64,000 nucleotides of DNA from Gemmatimonadota bacterium (GCA_029262195.1 JAJCZX010000014.1:80438-144437), one strand, 5' to 3'; counted from the first letter of the stretch, positions 21,306-32,326 are shown. The notes: a model not told the origin generated them from the letters alone. Made by a program: numbers and translations.

Positions 21306-23390
21306 TTACGCTGGTTTGTCGATCAATGCCTTGCGGGAAAGCTTCATCTTACCGCGATCATCGATGGCGAGAAGTTTGACCCTGACCTGGTCACCCTTTT
21401 TGACCACCTCTTCGGTGTTTTCGGTCCGCGCATGCTGCAGTTCCGAAATGTGAAGCAATCCCTCCGTTCCCGGGAAAATCTCGACGAATGCACCAAAAGT
21501 CGTGGTGCTCTTGACAACCCCTTCGTAAATCTTGCCGACCTCGGGCTCCTCAAGCATGCCGGAAATGATCTCCCTGGCACGCTCGCCGGAGTCTCCGTCC
21601 ACCGACGAAATGGTTACCACACCGGTATCTTCTATATTGATCTCAGCACCGGTCTCTTCCTGAATACCGCGAATCGTTTTGCCCTTGGGCCCGATGATCT
21701 CACCGATACGTTCAGGGTTAACGTTAATCGAGATGATTCTCGGGGCGTACTCCGAGAGGTCGTCCTTGTGGGATGTGATGACCTTGGCCATCTCACCGAG
21801 AATGTGCAGTCGAGCAGTATTGGCTTTGCCGAGTGCTTCTCTCAACAGATCGAGGTCAAGGCCTGCAATTTTGATGTCCATCTGGATTGAGGTGATACCC
21901 TCACTCGTCCCCACAACTTTGAAATCCATGTCGCCAAGATGATCTTCAGCTCCGAGAATATCAGTGAGTATCGCGACACGATCCCCGTCTTTGATCAGCC
22001 CCATTGCCACTCCGGCGCAGGGAGTCTTGATTGGAACACCGGCATCCATCAAAGCCATAGAACCACTGCAAACCGTAGCCATCGATGAGGAACCGTTGGA
22101 CTCCAGAATCTCCGATACAACCCGAAGGGTGTACGGGAAGTCATCATAATCCGGCAACACCGCCTGAAGGCCGCGTTCTGCCAACATGCCGTGACCGATT
22201 TCCCGACGCGACACGCCGCGAATCGGCTTCACCTCTCCAACCGAGTAAGGCGGGAAGTTGTAGTGTAACATGAAGCTCTTGGTATCCAACTCAGGGTTGG
22301 TAATCGAGTCGATGCGTTGTTCGTCGCGAATGGTACCCAGAGTCACCGTGGCCAGGGCCTGTGTTTGTCCTCTGGTGAATAGCGCTGATCCATGAGTTCT
22401 GGGAATAACCGAAATCTCACCCGAGATCGGACGTACCGTGTCGGGATCGCGACCGTCGATACGACGGTTTTCGCTCAGGATTTGTTCCCTTACCGCCTTC
22501 GCCTCAACTCCTCCAACAAGTTCACCCACGAAACCTATTTCTTCCTCGAACTCCTCTTCAAGTTGCGCGGTGACGTCAGCTGCAACCTGGGAAAGAGCCT
22601 CGCCTCGAGCGGCCTTGCCCTCGGTATTGATCACAGCAGCAACAGGACCCGCGGCAAGCTCCTGAACCCTGGCCGCAAGTTCGTCTGAAGCTTTGTTAGC
22701 TGTCCAACTCATTTCGTCGACCGATACCTGGCCGATCATTTCATTCTGAAGGTCGATCAGGTCTGCGAGGTTTTTCTGAGCGTAAACCAACGCATCTGCA
22801 ATCTCATCCTCGGAGAGCTCAAGAGCTCCACCCTCAACCATCTGAATCGATTCCGCATTACCTGCTACGACCAGTTCAAGGTCGCTCTCGTTCAATTGCT
22901 GATAGGTTGGGTTTAGAACAAACTCACCATCAATTCTTCCGACCCGTACACAGGCCACAGGGCCAGCCCAGGGAAGCGGGGAAATCGCGAGAGCAGCAGA
23001 GGCTGCGTTCAAACCAAGAATGGATGCGTCGTTTTCCTGGTCGGTCGAAAGGACCGTCACAAAAACCTGTACCTCATTCTGGAAGCCTTTTGGAAAAAGC
23101 GGACGAATAGCCCGGTCAATCACTCGACAGGAAAGGATTTCCTGATCTGAAGGGCGCGCTTCCCGTTTGATAAATCCACCTGGGATTTTTCCCGCCGCAT
23201 AGGCCTTTTCGCGAAACTCAACTGTAAGGGGGAAAAACGGAAGGTGGGACTGCTTGTTGGAAACGGTAATTGTGGCGAGCACCATCGTGTCACCGTACTG
23301 GGCGAGAACGCTTCCCGCCGCCTGCTTGGCTAGTCGCCCGGTCTCTAAACCGAGCTGGCGACCGCCAACGTCTTTTGAACAATTAATCAC
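21306..23390 (-). CDS. pnp: Polyribonucleotide nucleotidyltransferase
   Basis: GKIPGGFIKRE, HGSALFTRG, SNGSSSMA, GDMDFK, KH and S1 domains. Confidence 0.97.
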   Translation of the reverse strand: MINCSKDVGGRQLGLETGRLAKQAAGSVLAQYGDTMVLATITVSNKQSHLPFFPLTVEFREKAYAAGKIPGGFIKREARPSDQEILSCRVIDRAIRPLFPKGFQNEVQVFVTVLSTDQENDASILGLNAASAALAISPLPWAGPVACVRVGRIDGEFVLNPTYQQLNESDLELVVAGNAESIQMVEGGALELSEDEIADALVYAQKNLADLIDLQNEMIGQVSVDEMSWTANKASDELAARVQELAAGPVAAVINTEGKAARGEALSQVAADVTAQLEEEFEEEIGFVGELVGGVEAKAVREQILSENRRIDGRDPDTVRPISGEISVIPRTHGSALFTRGQTQALATVTLGTIRDEQRIDSITNPELDTKSFMLHYNFPPYSVGEVKPIRGVSRREIGHGMLAERGLQAVLPDYDDFPYTLRVVSEILESNGSSSMATVCSGSMALMDAGVPIKTPCAGVAMGLIKDGDRVAILTDILGAEDHLGDMDFKVVGTSEGITSIQMDIKIAGLDLDLLREALGKANTARLHILGEMAKVITSHKDDLSEYAPRIISINVNPERIGEIIGPKGKTIRGIQEETGAEINIEDTGVVTISSVDGDSGERAREIISGMLEEPEVGKIYEGVVKSTTTFGAFVEIFPGTEGLLHISELQHARTENTEEVVKKGDQVRVKLLAIDDRGKMKLSRKALIDKPA

Positions 23391-23474
23391 TTTGCTAAAT
23401 CCTCAGAGCATAAGAAAACCGCGACACAGGAGTGCTCTGATCCCGTGCGTCGCGTAACGAAAACAAAAAAATGT

Positions 23475-23735
23475 TTAGTGGCGGAGGCCGAGATCCCCGA
23501 TGAGCTTACGATAGCCCTCGAGGTCTTTACTCTTCAGATAGGTTAGGAGGCTGCGCCGCTTGCTGACCATCTTGAGGAGGCCGCGTCTGCCATGGTGGTC
23601 TTTCTTGTGAGCGCGGAAGTGGTCGGTCAAGTGGTTGATACGTTCCGTAAGCAACGCGACCTGCACTGTAGTGGAGCCGGTGTCGCGGTCATTGATGCGA
23701 AACTTCGAAACGGTGGTGTCCTTGTCAAAACTCAT
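23475..23735 (-). CDS. rpsO: 30S ribosomal protein S15
   Basis: [28 protein letters not shown]; ATG at 23735 with a GAGG RBS. Confidence 0.96.
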   Translation of the reverse strand: MSFDKDTTVSKFRINDRDTGSTTVQVALLTERINHLTDHFRAHKKDHHGRRGLLKMVSKRRSLLTYLKSKDLEGYRKLIGDLGLRH

Positions 23736-23838
23736 TTGATGTGTATCCTCACAGGACACAAAAGTGCCCCTTAAGTCGCTTTTTACCTTGTGGTTAAGCA
23801 CAGAAACTTAAACGTACAAACTCCCACTGTAAAGGCTG

Positions 23839-24828
23839 ATGACCGACACCGCTGAAGATCTTGTTGGAACCCAAATCGGCGACTACATCCTTACTAGGTT
23901 GCTGGGCCAGGGTGGTTTCGCCTGGGTGTTTGCCGCCCACCGTGAGGGGGAGGACCAAGGGTATGCGTTGAAGGTACTAAAGCCACGTTTTTCAGGGGAT
24001 GCCGCGTTCGAAGCCCGGTTCCGTTCCGAAACCCAGGTCACAGCGGACCTGGACCACCGGGGAATCATCGACATCTCCGAGGTCTCCCAGGCAGGCGCCT
24101 TCACTTTTTTTGCGATGGAACTGTTCCCTGGTTCCCTGGCAGATTTCCTTGAGAAAGAAGAAATCGCCCCCGAACCCATGCTTCACAAAATCGGGATGGA
24201 TATTTCCGGGGCCCTGTCCTGCGCCCACGAAGCAGGGATTATTCACCGGGACATCAAAACGGCAAACATCATGTTGCGGGCAGATGGGTCGGCGGTACTC
24301 TCCGATTTCGGAATTGCGAGGGGTCGTTCGTTAAACTCTTCGGCCACCAGCGCAAACATGACTATCGGTACCCCGCACTATCTCTCCCCGGAGCAGGCAC
24401 AGGGCAGGCCGTTTGACGGCAGGAGCGACATCTACGCTCTCGGAGTCACCCTCTATAAGGCAGGAACCGGGCAACTACCCTTCCGGTCCACAGACTGGTT
24501 CGAACTCGCTCGAATGCACGTTGAGGAAGCCCCCGAGTTACCAACCGCACTGAACCCGAATCTGTCGAGACGTTTGGAGAGGATTATTCTCCGTTGCCTG
24601 GCCAAACACCCGGACGACCGCTACCAGACTGCGGGTGAACTCTACGCCGAACTGGAGCATGTTCACGACGCGCACAGATCCACTTCCCAGTTTGGAGCTG
24701 ATCAGGACGCAATTCTCGCGGCCATCGCGGCGTTGGACGGTGACACGAAAAAAAGTTTGCCCATGGTCGTGAAGATTGCAGCGGTCACAGTGATCGTGGC
24801 GCTGCTGATTTTTATTTCGATGGCCTGA
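23839..24828 (+). CDS. Hanks-type Ser/Thr protein kinase with C-terminal TM anchor
   Basis: GQGGFAWV, ALK, HRDIKTAN, DFG, GTPHYLSPE; hydrophobic C-terminus. Confidence 0.92.
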   Translation: MTDTAEDLVGTQIGDYILTRLLGQGGFAWVFAAHREGEDQGYALKVLKPRFSGDAAFEARFRSETQVTADLDHRGIIDISEVSQAGAFTFFAMELFPGSLADFLEKEEIAPEPMLHKIGMDISGALSCAHEAGIIHRDIKTANIMLRADGSAVLSDFGIARGRSLNSSATSANMTIGTPHYLSPEQAQGRPFDGRSDIYALGVTLYKAGTGQLPFRSTDWFELARMHVEEAPELPTALNPNLSRRLERIILRCLAKHPDDRYQTAGELYAELEHVHDAHRSTSQFGADQDAILAAIAALDGDTKKSLPMVVKIAAVTVIVALLIFISMA

Positions 24829-26190
24829 CTACGAAAACAGCCTGACAATATCGTTGGTCACAGCCATCGCCATGATGAGGAGGAGCAGCACCATACCGAC
24901 CTGGCTCAATCGCATTCGAACGTTAACCGAAAGTGGCTTTCGCCGCACCGCCTCAAGCATCAAAAACACCAGATGACCACCGTCCAACACGGGAATGGGA
25001 AGAAGGTTCAGGACCGCCAGGTTAACTGACAGAAACGCCATGAATAGAAGCAGCGATTCCGGCCCGATGGCAGCTGCCTGTCCCGAAAGTCGACCAATCG
25101 TAATTGGCCCTCCGAGCTCTCTGGGAGAAACCGCCCCCGAGAAGAGACCCTTCAGCGAAAAGAGGACAAGACCGATATTGTTCGCCGTCGCTCTGAAACC
25201 GACACCGATAGAGGCGATCGGACCATAGGTTACCCTTTCTGAGTCGGTCCACATACCGATACCGATCCGACCAACTTCTCTCGTCTCGTCGGACCCGGGC
25301 ACACTGACCTCCGCAGTTTCAGGCGTAATGTCGAAGCTCAACAACTCCCCGTTGCGAGCCACAGCAATGGTTATTTCTTCCCCCCCGCGCCCTTCAATCA
25401 TCCCCACCATCGCGTCCCACGTCGGAACGGTATCGACGCCAACCTTCACGACCCTGTCCAGGGAGTTCAGACCGACTGCAGCGGCAGGAGTGCCGGGGAG
25501 CACCTGTCCCACGATCGGTTGGCGAAGCTGCACAAGCGCGTCAAAAACCGCAACTCGCTTTTCGATTTCAAAAGCGCTTATCGGAACTTCAATCATCCCT
25601 GGTTCTCCGCTAAACTCGAAGACAAGCGTTTCAGTCGTTCCCGCCCTCAAGAGGTCCGCGACTTCGTTCCAGGATTCGATCGGTTCATCGTTGATCGACA
25701 GAATTTCAGTCCCGAAAGGAACAGCCGTGAGGGGTAATGCTTCGGCTGGTAATCCCTCTGCGCGCACCTCCGCCAGAGTCGTGTTGGGATCCACCCGATT
25801 TCCGTAGACGAAAGCCATTCCCGCGTAAACTACCCACGCAAAAAGGGCGTTCATTATGACGCCCGCAGAAATAACAAGTATTCGCGCGCTGACCGACTTG
25901 GTTTCGAAAAGTTTGTGTTCGGGGAATTCTTGTTCTACGTCGCCCCCTTCGATGTTTTCGACCCCGCCCTCGTCTTCTTTGGTGGCCATTTTCACATAGC
26001 CACCAAACGGGATCCAGGAAATTACATATTCAGTTTCCCCTCGCTGGAACCTCAGCGGTGTAATTGGGCCAAGGCCAATCGAAAACCGGGGGACACCAAT
26101 TCCGACCGACTTGGCCGCCATAAAATGCCCGAGTTCGTGAACAAAGATCAGAACACCCAGAACAAAAATTAACGAAACTACTGTGAGCAT
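24829..26190 (-). CDS. rseP: RIP metalloprotease RseP
   Basis: HELGH, two PDZ domains, NLLPIPVLDGGH. Confidence 0.95.
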   Translation of the reverse strand: MLTVVSLIFVLGVLIFVHELGHFMAAKSVGIGVPRFSIGLGPITPLRFQRGETEYVISWIPFGGYVKMATKEDEGGVENIEGGDVEQEFPEHKLFETKSVSARILVISAGVIMNALFAWVVYAGMAFVYGNRVDPNTTLAEVRAEGLPAEALPLTAVPFGTEILSINDEPIESWNEVADLLRAGTTETLVFEFSGEPGMIEVPISAFEIEKRVAVFDALVQLRQPIVGQVLPGTPAAAVGLNSLDRVVKVGVDTVPTWDAMVGMIEGRGGEEITIAVARNGELLSFDITPETAEVSVPGSDETREVGRIGIGMWTDSERVTYGPIASIGVGFRATANNIGLVLFSLKGLFSGAVSPRELGGPITIGRLSGQAAAIGPESLLLFMAFLSVNLAVLNLLPIPVLDGGHLVFLMLEAVRRKPLSVNVRMRLSQVGMVLLLLIMAMAVTNDIVRLFS

Positions 26191-27314
26191 ATTTGCTCCG
26201 CCTTCTCCCTGGCCCAGCGGTCGGCTTCCACTACAGCTTCAAGTGATGCCGCCTGCTGGACCTCATGAGCATTCAAAACTTCCTCTATCACGTCAGGAAC
26301 TCCACCCAACAGCATTCCCCCTTCGAGGAAAACGCGCACAGCTACCTCGTTGGCCGCATTGAAAACGGCCGGAGCGGTCCCCCCATCTCGACCCGACTGG
26401 ACACCCAGTCCGAAGGTTGGGAACGCGTCGTGCCTGACTTCTTCGAACTCGATATTCCCGGCCGCAACCGGATTGTAACGCCTCACTCCATCATCGGCCA
26501 ACCGCCCCGGGTGGGTCAGCGCGTAAAGAATCGGCAATTCCATATTCGGGAAGCCGACCTGTGCGAGGATTGAACCGTCCACAAAGTCCACGAACGAATG
26601 GACAATCGATTGGGGGTGCACTACGACCTCCACCTGATCATAGTCCAATCCGAACAGGTAGTGGGCCTCGATTACCTCCAACGCCTTGTTGGCGAGCGTC
26701 GCGCTATCGACCGTTATCTTGCGCCCCATTTCCCACGTCGGGTGATTCAGAGCTTGCTCCGCCGTGGCCTCACGGATTCTGTCCCTGGCAAGGCTGCGGA
26801 ACGGTCCACCAGAAGCGGTGAGGATTAGCCTGGCTACTTCAGATTTTCCGTAGCCCGTGATACATTGGAGAACCGCGCTGTGTTCCGAGTCGACCGGGAT
26901 CAACTCGCCCCCGCCCTCTTCCAAAGCCTCGTTGACAATGTCTCCGGCCATGACCAATGATTCTTTGTTCGCCAGGGCCACTCTCTTACCAGCACGCAAC
27001 GCAGCCAACGTTGCTCTTAAGCCAGCAGCTCCTACCACCGCGTTGACGACGACATCGACACCAGGATGGGTGGCGGCGTGCTCCAGACTGTCAGCGCCCT
27101 GTTCCGAAACCCACGCCGGACAGTCTTCACCGTCAGCACCTGAAAGACCGACGAAGTCTGGTTTCACCAACTCGGCCTGTTGTTTTAGCAAATCGATTGA
27201 CCGGTTCGCCGTCAGAGCAACCGCATGGAAATGGTCAGACTGTCTTTGGAGAACGTTCAGAGTGCTCCGTCCGATTGACCCGGTTGAACCGAGTACGGCA
27301 ACGCCGGTACTCAT
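26178..27314 (-). CDS. dxr: 1-deoxy-D-xylulose-5-phosphate reductoisomerase
   Basis: LGSTGSIG, LANKESLV, PVDSEH, HPTWEMGRKITVDSA. Confidence 0.96.
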   Translation of the reverse strand: MSTGVAVLGSTGSIGRSTLNVLQRQSDHFHAVALTANRSIDLLKQQAELVKPDFVGLSGADGEDCPAWVSEQGADSLEHAATHPGVDVVVNAVVGAAGLRATLAALRAGKRVALANKESLVMAGDIVNEALEEGGGELIPVDSEHSAVLQCITGYGKSEVARLILTASGGPFRSLARDRIREATAEQALNHPTWEMGRKITVDSATLANKALEVIEAHYLFGLDYDQVEVVVHPQSIVHSFVDFVDGSILAQVGFPNMELPILYALTHPGRLADDGVRRYNPVAAGNIEFEEVRHDAFPTFGLGVQSGRDGGTAPAVFNAANEVAVRVFLEGGMLLGGVPDVIEEVLNAHEVQQAASLEAVVEADRWAREKAEQICSQ

Positions 27315-28165
27315 ATCAACCCGAATAGTTTGAACACAATCGCTGTTGATGGTAGAACCCAGTAAAGCGAATCGAGTCTGTCCAGAACCCCACCATGGCC
27401 CGGAAAGAAGTTACCGGAGTCCTTGATACCCGCTTCCCTCTTGAACAATGATTCAACCAGGTCGCCGATTTGTCCCAGGACTCCGACAACGAACCCAACC
27501 GCCAACAAAAACATGAGAGGTAATTCGAGCCCGAAACGATCTAAAGCCAGGAAATCAAAGACTGGAGCCAGTGCAACCGACCCGAGAGCACCGGATATGG
27601 CACCGGACCATGTTTTATTGGGACTGACGACCGGAGCGAATTTCTTACCGCCGATCATGCCGCCGAAGCTCATTGCCAACGAATCACATGCCCACGTCAA
27701 CGCCAACGGTAACAACACGAGCCAGGTTGCAGCCAGCGCACTGGGCGTTTCGGGCAGATGCCTCAGGACGATGATTGCCGAGGACATGCCCGCAGTATAC
27801 AGGGCTGAAAACACAGCCACTGAGATAGAGGTTAGCGGGTTTCTGTTCGGGCCCCTTGAGAGAGAAACCAGCGAGACCAACACCACCCAGAGGGGGAATG
27901 CTGCAGCGAGCCACGCGACACCGATGGTGCCCGACACGTTGAGGTAAACGGCTATGGGGATCAAAAACGCGCCCACCGCCCCCGCAAGATCAAGGGCTTC
28001 ACCGCTTTTCGCCCGAAAGAGCCCCGAGAATTCGAGGCTACCCAGAGCCCCGAAAACAGCGATCAAACCGGTAAGTGCCCAACCTCCGAGGTAGATCAAA
28101 CCGAAGGCTGTGGGGATCGCGATCCCCGCGACACCGATTCGTGTCGCCATGTTACGAGAGATCAT
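27311..28165 (-). CDS. cdsA: Phosphatidate cytidylyltransferase
   Basis: SPNKTWSG, GDLVESLFKR, PGHGGVLDRLDS. Confidence 0.94.
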   Translation of the reverse strand: MISRNMATRIGVAGIAIPTAFGLIYLGGWALTGLIAVFGALGSLEFSGLFRAKSGEALDLAGAVGAFLIPIAVYLNVSGTIGVAWLAAAFPLWVVLVSLVSLSRGPNRNPLTSISVAVFSALYTAGMSSAIIVLRHLPETPSALAATWLVLLPLALTWACDSLAMSFGGMIGGKKFAPVVSPNKTWSGAISGALGSVALAPVFDFLALDRFGLELPLMFLLAVGFVVGVLGQIGDLVESLFKREAGIKDSGNFFPGHGGVLDRLDSLYWVLPSTAIVFKLFGLI

Positions 28166-28899
28166 ACCGGGACCTTACCGAAGCGTCGATCTCTGCCTTG
28201 AAAATCTTCGATGGCGCGGAATAATTCCTCTCGATCAAAATCAGGCCAGAGCACGTCCGTCACGTAAATCTCTGTGTAGGCAAGTTGCCAGAGGAGGAAG
28301 TTGGAGATTCTGAATTCACCTGAAGTTCGGATCAACAAATCGGGGTCGGGCCATTTAGACGTGTACAGTCTCGATGAAAATTCTTCTTCGGTAATTTCGT
28401 CCAACGACATCCCATCTTTCACATCACTGGCGAGCGCTCGGGCAGCTCGAACAATCTCTGCGCGGGAACCATAACTCACACAAATATTCAGGTTTAGTTG
28501 GTCGCCACCAGCTGTTTCCTGGATGAGTCGGTCAACTGCTTTGCGAGCCCGAGGACCCAACCGCTCAACCTCGCCGAGAACACTGACCTCAACCCCATTC
28601 TTCTTCAAATCGCCGATTTCCTTGGCAACGAACTCCTGAAGCAGTGCCATCAGCGCGCCCACTTCACTCTGGGGCCTGGACCAATTTTCCTGTGAGAATG
28701 CGAAGATGGTGAGTACTTTTACACCTGCGTCCTTCGCGCCTTCAACCGTTTCGCGAAGCGCCTTTACTCCCGCGCGATGCCCCATTGGGCGGGGCATGAA
28801 TCGGCTGCGAGCCCATCTCCCGTTGCCGTCCATAATAATGGCAACGTGGTGCGGCACTTCGCCGCCAACTTGGATCCTAGCCAGCAGGTCGTCGGTCAT
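28162..28899 (-). CDS. uppS: Undecaprenyl diphosphate synthase
   Basis: HVAIIMDGNGRWA, AFSQENW, RTSGEFRISNFLLWQ. Confidence 0.96.
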   Translation of the reverse strand: MTDDLLARIQVGGEVPHHVAIIMDGNGRWARSRFMPRPMGHRAGVKALRETVEGAKDAGVKVLTIFAFSQENWSRPQSEVGALMALLQEFVAKEIGDLKKNGVEVSVLGEVERLGPRARKAVDRLIQETAGGDQLNLNICVSYGSRAEIVRAARALASDVKDGMSLDEITEEEFSSRLYTSKWPDPDLLIRTSGEFRISNFLLWQLAYTEIYVTDVLWPDFDREELFRAIEDFQGRDRRFGKVPV

Positions 28900-28914
28900 G
28901 AGATGGTCTGAGGG

Positions 28915-29469
28915 TCAGACCTCCATCACTTCCTGTTCCTTGTGTTTTACGAGCTCGTCGATTTGGGCTATGTGCTCGTCATGCACCGACTGGATGTCCT
29001 TCTCTTCGTGGTGTTTTTCGTCGTCGGAGACGTGCTCGACTTTCTTCACCTTGTGCAAAGCCTCAGTACGGGCATGGCGGACGCCGATTCGACCCTCTTC
29101 CGCAAGCTTTTTGACAACTTTCACCAGGTCACGACGCCGTTCCTCGTTGAGCTGTGGTACGGGAACTCGCACAACGTTGCCATCACTGCTCGGATTCAAT
29201 CCCAGATCGGACTCGCGAATGGCTTTTTCAATAGCCGGAATAAGCCCTTTGTCCCATGGCTGCACCATAATGAGACGAGGTTCCGGCGAACTAACTCCTG
29301 CAACCTGATTGAGCGACATAAACTGACCGTAGGAATCAACCCGTACGGTGTCGAGCATGTTGGGGCTGGCTTTTCCACCTCGTATGGTGGACAACTCACG
29401 GCGGGTGTTTTCGACCGCTTTTGACATGGCAGTCCGGGTTTCGGCGGTGATCTTGGCTAGCTCACTCAT
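28915..29469 (-). CDS. frr: Ribosome recycling factor
   Basis: [24 protein letters not shown]. Confidence 0.96.
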   Translation of the reverse strand: MSELAKITAETRTAMSKAVENTRRELSTIRGGKASPNMLDTVRVDSYGQFMSLNQVAGVSSPEPRLIMVQPWDKGLIPAIEKAIRESDLGLNPSSDGNVVRVPVPQLNEERRRDLVKVVKKLAEEGRIGVRHARTEALHKVKKVEHVSDDEKHHEEKDIQSVHDEHIAQIDELVKHKEQEVMEV

Positions 29470-30179
29470 TTTACTAACGTCCCCACTCTTTCGCCCTGCA
29501 CGACCTTGGCGACCGCACCAGGCTGGTTCACGTTCATAACAACGATGGGCAGTCCGTTTTCTTTGCAGAGGCCGAACGCGTTGGCGTCCATCACCTGAAT
29601 ACCTTTTACGATTGCCTCCTGGAAGGATAGCTCCGGAATGAACTCGGCGTCAGGATTCACTTTCGGATCTTCAGTGTACACCCCGTCGACCGTGGTCGCC
29701 TTGATGATCACGTCTGCCTCAATCTCAAGGCCCCGGAGTACGGCTGCCGTGTCAGTCGAAAAGTACGGATTCCCGGTGCCGGCCCCAAACAGAACAACCC
29801 GGCCTTTCTCAAAATGCCGTTGAGCACGGCGCCGAATATATGGTTCGGCAAGTTCATCCATGCGAATAGCGGTCATTACGCGGGTCTCGACATCACGCTT
29901 TTCCAACACATCCTGCATCGCCAGGGCATTGATCACTGTGGCCAGCATCCCCATGTAATCAGCCGAAACTCTGTCCATCCCGTGTTGACTGGCTACTGTA
30001 CCCCTCATAACGTTGCCACCGCCGACCACCAGACCAAGACTGACACCCAGTTCACGTATCCCCTTGAGTTCGTCCGCAAGTCGACCTATTACGTCAAAAT
30101 CCAGACCAAACCCCTGCTTTCCAGCGAGTGCTTCGCCGGAAAGCTTGAGAAGTACCCTTTTGTATGCCAGTTCAGCCAT
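29466..30179 (-). CDS. pyrH: UMP kinase
   Basis: [29 protein letters not shown]. Confidence 0.96.
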   Translation of the reverse strand: MAELAYKRVLLKLSGEALAGKQGFGLDFDVIGRLADELKGIRELGVSLGLVVGGGNVMRGTVASQHGMDRVSADYMGMLATVINALAMQDVLEKRDVETRVMTAIRMDELAEPYIRRRAQRHFEKGRVVLFGAGTGNPYFSTDTAAVLRGLEIEADVIIKATTVDGVYTEDPKVNPDAEFIPELSFQEAIVKGIQVMDANAFGLCKENGLPIVVMNVNQPGAVAKVVQGERVGTLVK

Positions 30180-30785
30180 TTAGTCCTCTACCCCTACCTC
30201 GTAGCGGACAAACCGTTTTACCTGGATGTTCTCACCCAGCTTCGTGGCGGCTTCAGTAACGAGTTCACCAATTGTTTTCTTATCGTCTTTGACGAAAGCC
30301 TGTTGCAATAACACTCGCTCCGAGAAAAATTTCTTGATCTTACCGTCAACAATCTTCTCTCTGACTTGCTCGGGTTTACCCTGCTCGGCAACCTGCTGCT
30401 CGTAAATCGCTCGTTCCCGGCTAACTAGTTCAGCGTCCACATCTTCTTCGTTCAGCGCGATCGGGTTCGCCGAAGCTATGTGGATAGCGATGTCCTTGGC
30501 CAGCGCGGCGAAATCGTCCGTGCGGGCGACGAAGTCGGTCTCACAGTTGACCTCGATCATCACACCAACTTGGCCGTTGAAATGCATGTAGTTGGCAACG
30601 ATTCCCTCTGACGCACTCCTACCGGATCTCTTCTCGGCGCTAGCTATGCCTTTGGTGCGGAGGGCATCAAGCGCCTTGGCAAGATCGCCTCCGGCCTCGG
30701 TGAGCGCTTTCTTGCAGTCCATCATCCCCGCGCCCGTCTGAGCCCTGAGTGACGCAACATCTTTCGCAGAAATTTTCCCTGACAT
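30180..30785 (-). CDS. tsf: Elongation factor Ts (short form, ~201 aa)
   Basis: LRAQTGAGMMDCKKAL, EVNCETDFVA; ATG at 30785. Confidence 0.96.
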   Translation of the reverse strand: MSGKISAKDVASLRAQTGAGMMDCKKALTEAGGDLAKALDALRTKGIASAEKRSGRSASEGIVANYMHFNGQVGVMIEVNCETDFVARTDDFAALAKDIAIHIASANPIALNEEDVDAELVSRERAIYEQQVAEQGKPEQVREKIVDGKIKKFFSERVLLQQAFVKDDKKTIGELVTEAATKLGENIQVKRFVRYEVGVED

Positions 30786-30804
30786 TCTTACCTTCCAATT
30801 TATG

Positions 30805-30851
30805 AAAAGCCGCCCTCTCAAGCCCCTGGGGGCCCAGAGAAAGGCGGCTTT
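30805..30851 (-). terminator. Hairpin/attenuator between rpsB and tsf
   Basis: AAAGCCGCC...GGCGGCTTT inverted repeat. Confidence 0.6.
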
Positions 30852-30870
30852 ATTTTAGAACGATCCCGGT

Positions 30871-31818
30871 TTATGCCGGGTCTTTTTCTTCAGACGCACT
30901 CGCGACTTCAGCCGCGCTCTCTGGCTTGGTTTCAGGTTGAGCGACCGCCGCCGCTGGAGCGGCTTCAGGCGCTGCGGCCACATCGTCTTTCAACCGGGCA
31001 ACGATTGCCTCAGGTTTCGGCCGACGTTTACGTCGCGCAGTATTCCGCTTGGCCTTATCACCAGCATCGGCTTCGGTACCGGCTCCGGAACTGTAGGTGC
31101 TGGCGTCTCCTTCAACCACCGCCTGCTTAACCGGAGCAACCTTCCTGGTCTCAGAAATCGTCTCAACGATCGCACCGGCGATAACCGACACAGACCTGAT
31201 CGCGTCATCATTTCCAGGAATCGGCACAGTCAACAGATCTGGGTCCGCGTTGGTGTCGACAATCGCAACAACCGGTATCCCAAGCTTGTTAGCCTCGGCG
31301 ATCGCGATGCGTTCCTTTCGCGAATCGACGACGAAGATCACGCCTGGGATCCGCCCCATTTCTTTGATGCCTTCGAGATTACGGTTGAGTTTCACTCTTT
31401 CGCGATCGAGCATCAACTGTTCTTTTTTCGTGAAAAACTCGTAAGCACCTTCGGCCTGACCCTGTTCGATTTCCTTGAGGCGGCGCACCTGCTTCTTGAT
31501 CGTATTGAAGTTGGTGAGCATTCCTCCGAGCCATCTCTCCGAAACCCAGAAGGCGCCGGCGCGCTCAGCTTCACTGCGCACGACCTGCTTCAACTGTTTT
31601 TTGGTACAGACAAAGAGCACGCCTTCACCCTTCATTACCGTTTCGCGAACAAGCTCGCGGGCCTTATTCAATTGATTGAGGGTTTTCTTGAGATCTATGA
31701 GGTAGATACCGGATCTCTCAGCGAAAATAAATTTCCGCATCTTCGGGTTCCAGCGCTTCGTCTGGTGACCGAAGTGGACTCCGGCTTCTAGCAGGTCTTT
31801 TATCTGTACTTCACTCAT
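30871..31818 (-). CDS. rpsB: 30S ribosomal protein S2 with Ala/Glu-rich C-terminal tail
   Basis: LLEAGVHFGHQTKRWNPKM, RWLGGMLTN, PGNDDAIRS; ATG at 31818. Confidence 0.97.
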   Translation of the reverse strand: MSEVQIKDLLEAGVHFGHQTKRWNPKMRKFIFAERSGIYLIDLKKTLNQLNKARELVRETVMKGEGVLFVCTKKQLKQVVRSEAERAGAFWVSERWLGGMLTNFNTIKKQVRRLKEIEQGQAEGAYEFFTKKEQLMLDRERVKLNRNLEGIKEMGRIPGVIFVVDSRKERIAIAEANKLGIPVVAIVDTNADPDLLTVPIPGNDDAIRSVSVIAGAIVETISETRKVAPVKQAVVEGDASTYSSGAGTEADAGDKAKRNTARRKRRPKPEAIVARLKDDVAAAPEAAPAAAVAQPETKPESAAEVASASEEKDPA

Positions 31819-31905
31819 TTTTTTCCAATGGGTTGTTCCGTCCACCGCCTTCATCTCTTGCACCGATCCAAAAGGACACCCAGCGCAAGATCCGACGGTG
31901 TGATT
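31819..31905 (-). promoter_or_regulatory. Putative S2 autoregulatory leader
   Basis: CACACC...GGGTG...GTGGA...AACCC elements resembling the rpsB leader pseudoknot pattern. Confidence 0.5.
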
Positions 31906-31917
31906 CGGTAAGTTCTA

Positions 31918-32325
31918 CTAACGTTTCGAGAACTGGAAGCGCTTCCTGGCTCCCGGTTGACCCGGTTTTTTCCTCTCGACTTCGCGAGAATCCCGTGTGA
32001 GAAGACCCTGGGTACGAAGTTTTCTTCTATGCGTCTCGTCGGCCAGGCAAAGGGCTCTGGCAATCGCCATCCGGATCGCTCCGGCCTGGCCCGTGAGACC
32101 ACCACCATTGACGTTTACTTTGATGTCGAACGCACCAAGCGTGTCGGTCACACCGAACGGCAGCTGGATATGCTGGACATCAGAACGACGCGGGAAATAA
32201 TCGCCGAGCGTTCTGCCGTTGACTTTCCACTTCCCTGAACCAGGCACGAGGAAAACCCGCGCCACGCTTCTTTTGCGGCGCCCGATGGCATGCCACATTA
32301 ATTCCGGTTGTGCTACTGTGCTCAC
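31918..32325 (-). CDS. rpsI: 30S ribosomal protein S9
   Basis: GRRKRSVARV, GGGLTGQAGA, ERKKPG, QFSKR. Confidence 0.97.
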   Translation of the reverse strand: MSTVAQPELMWHAIGRRKRSVARVFLVPGSGKWKVNGRTLGDYFPRRSDVQHIQLPFGVTDTLGAFDIKVNVNGGGLTGQAGAIRMAIARALCLADETHRRKLRTQGLLTRDSREVERKKPGQPGARKRFQFSKR

Positions 32326-32326
32326 T

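Noticed and set aside
30180-30785. Truncated EF-Ts pseudogene
   Set aside because: The ~200-aa form is an established natural variant and its motifs are intact
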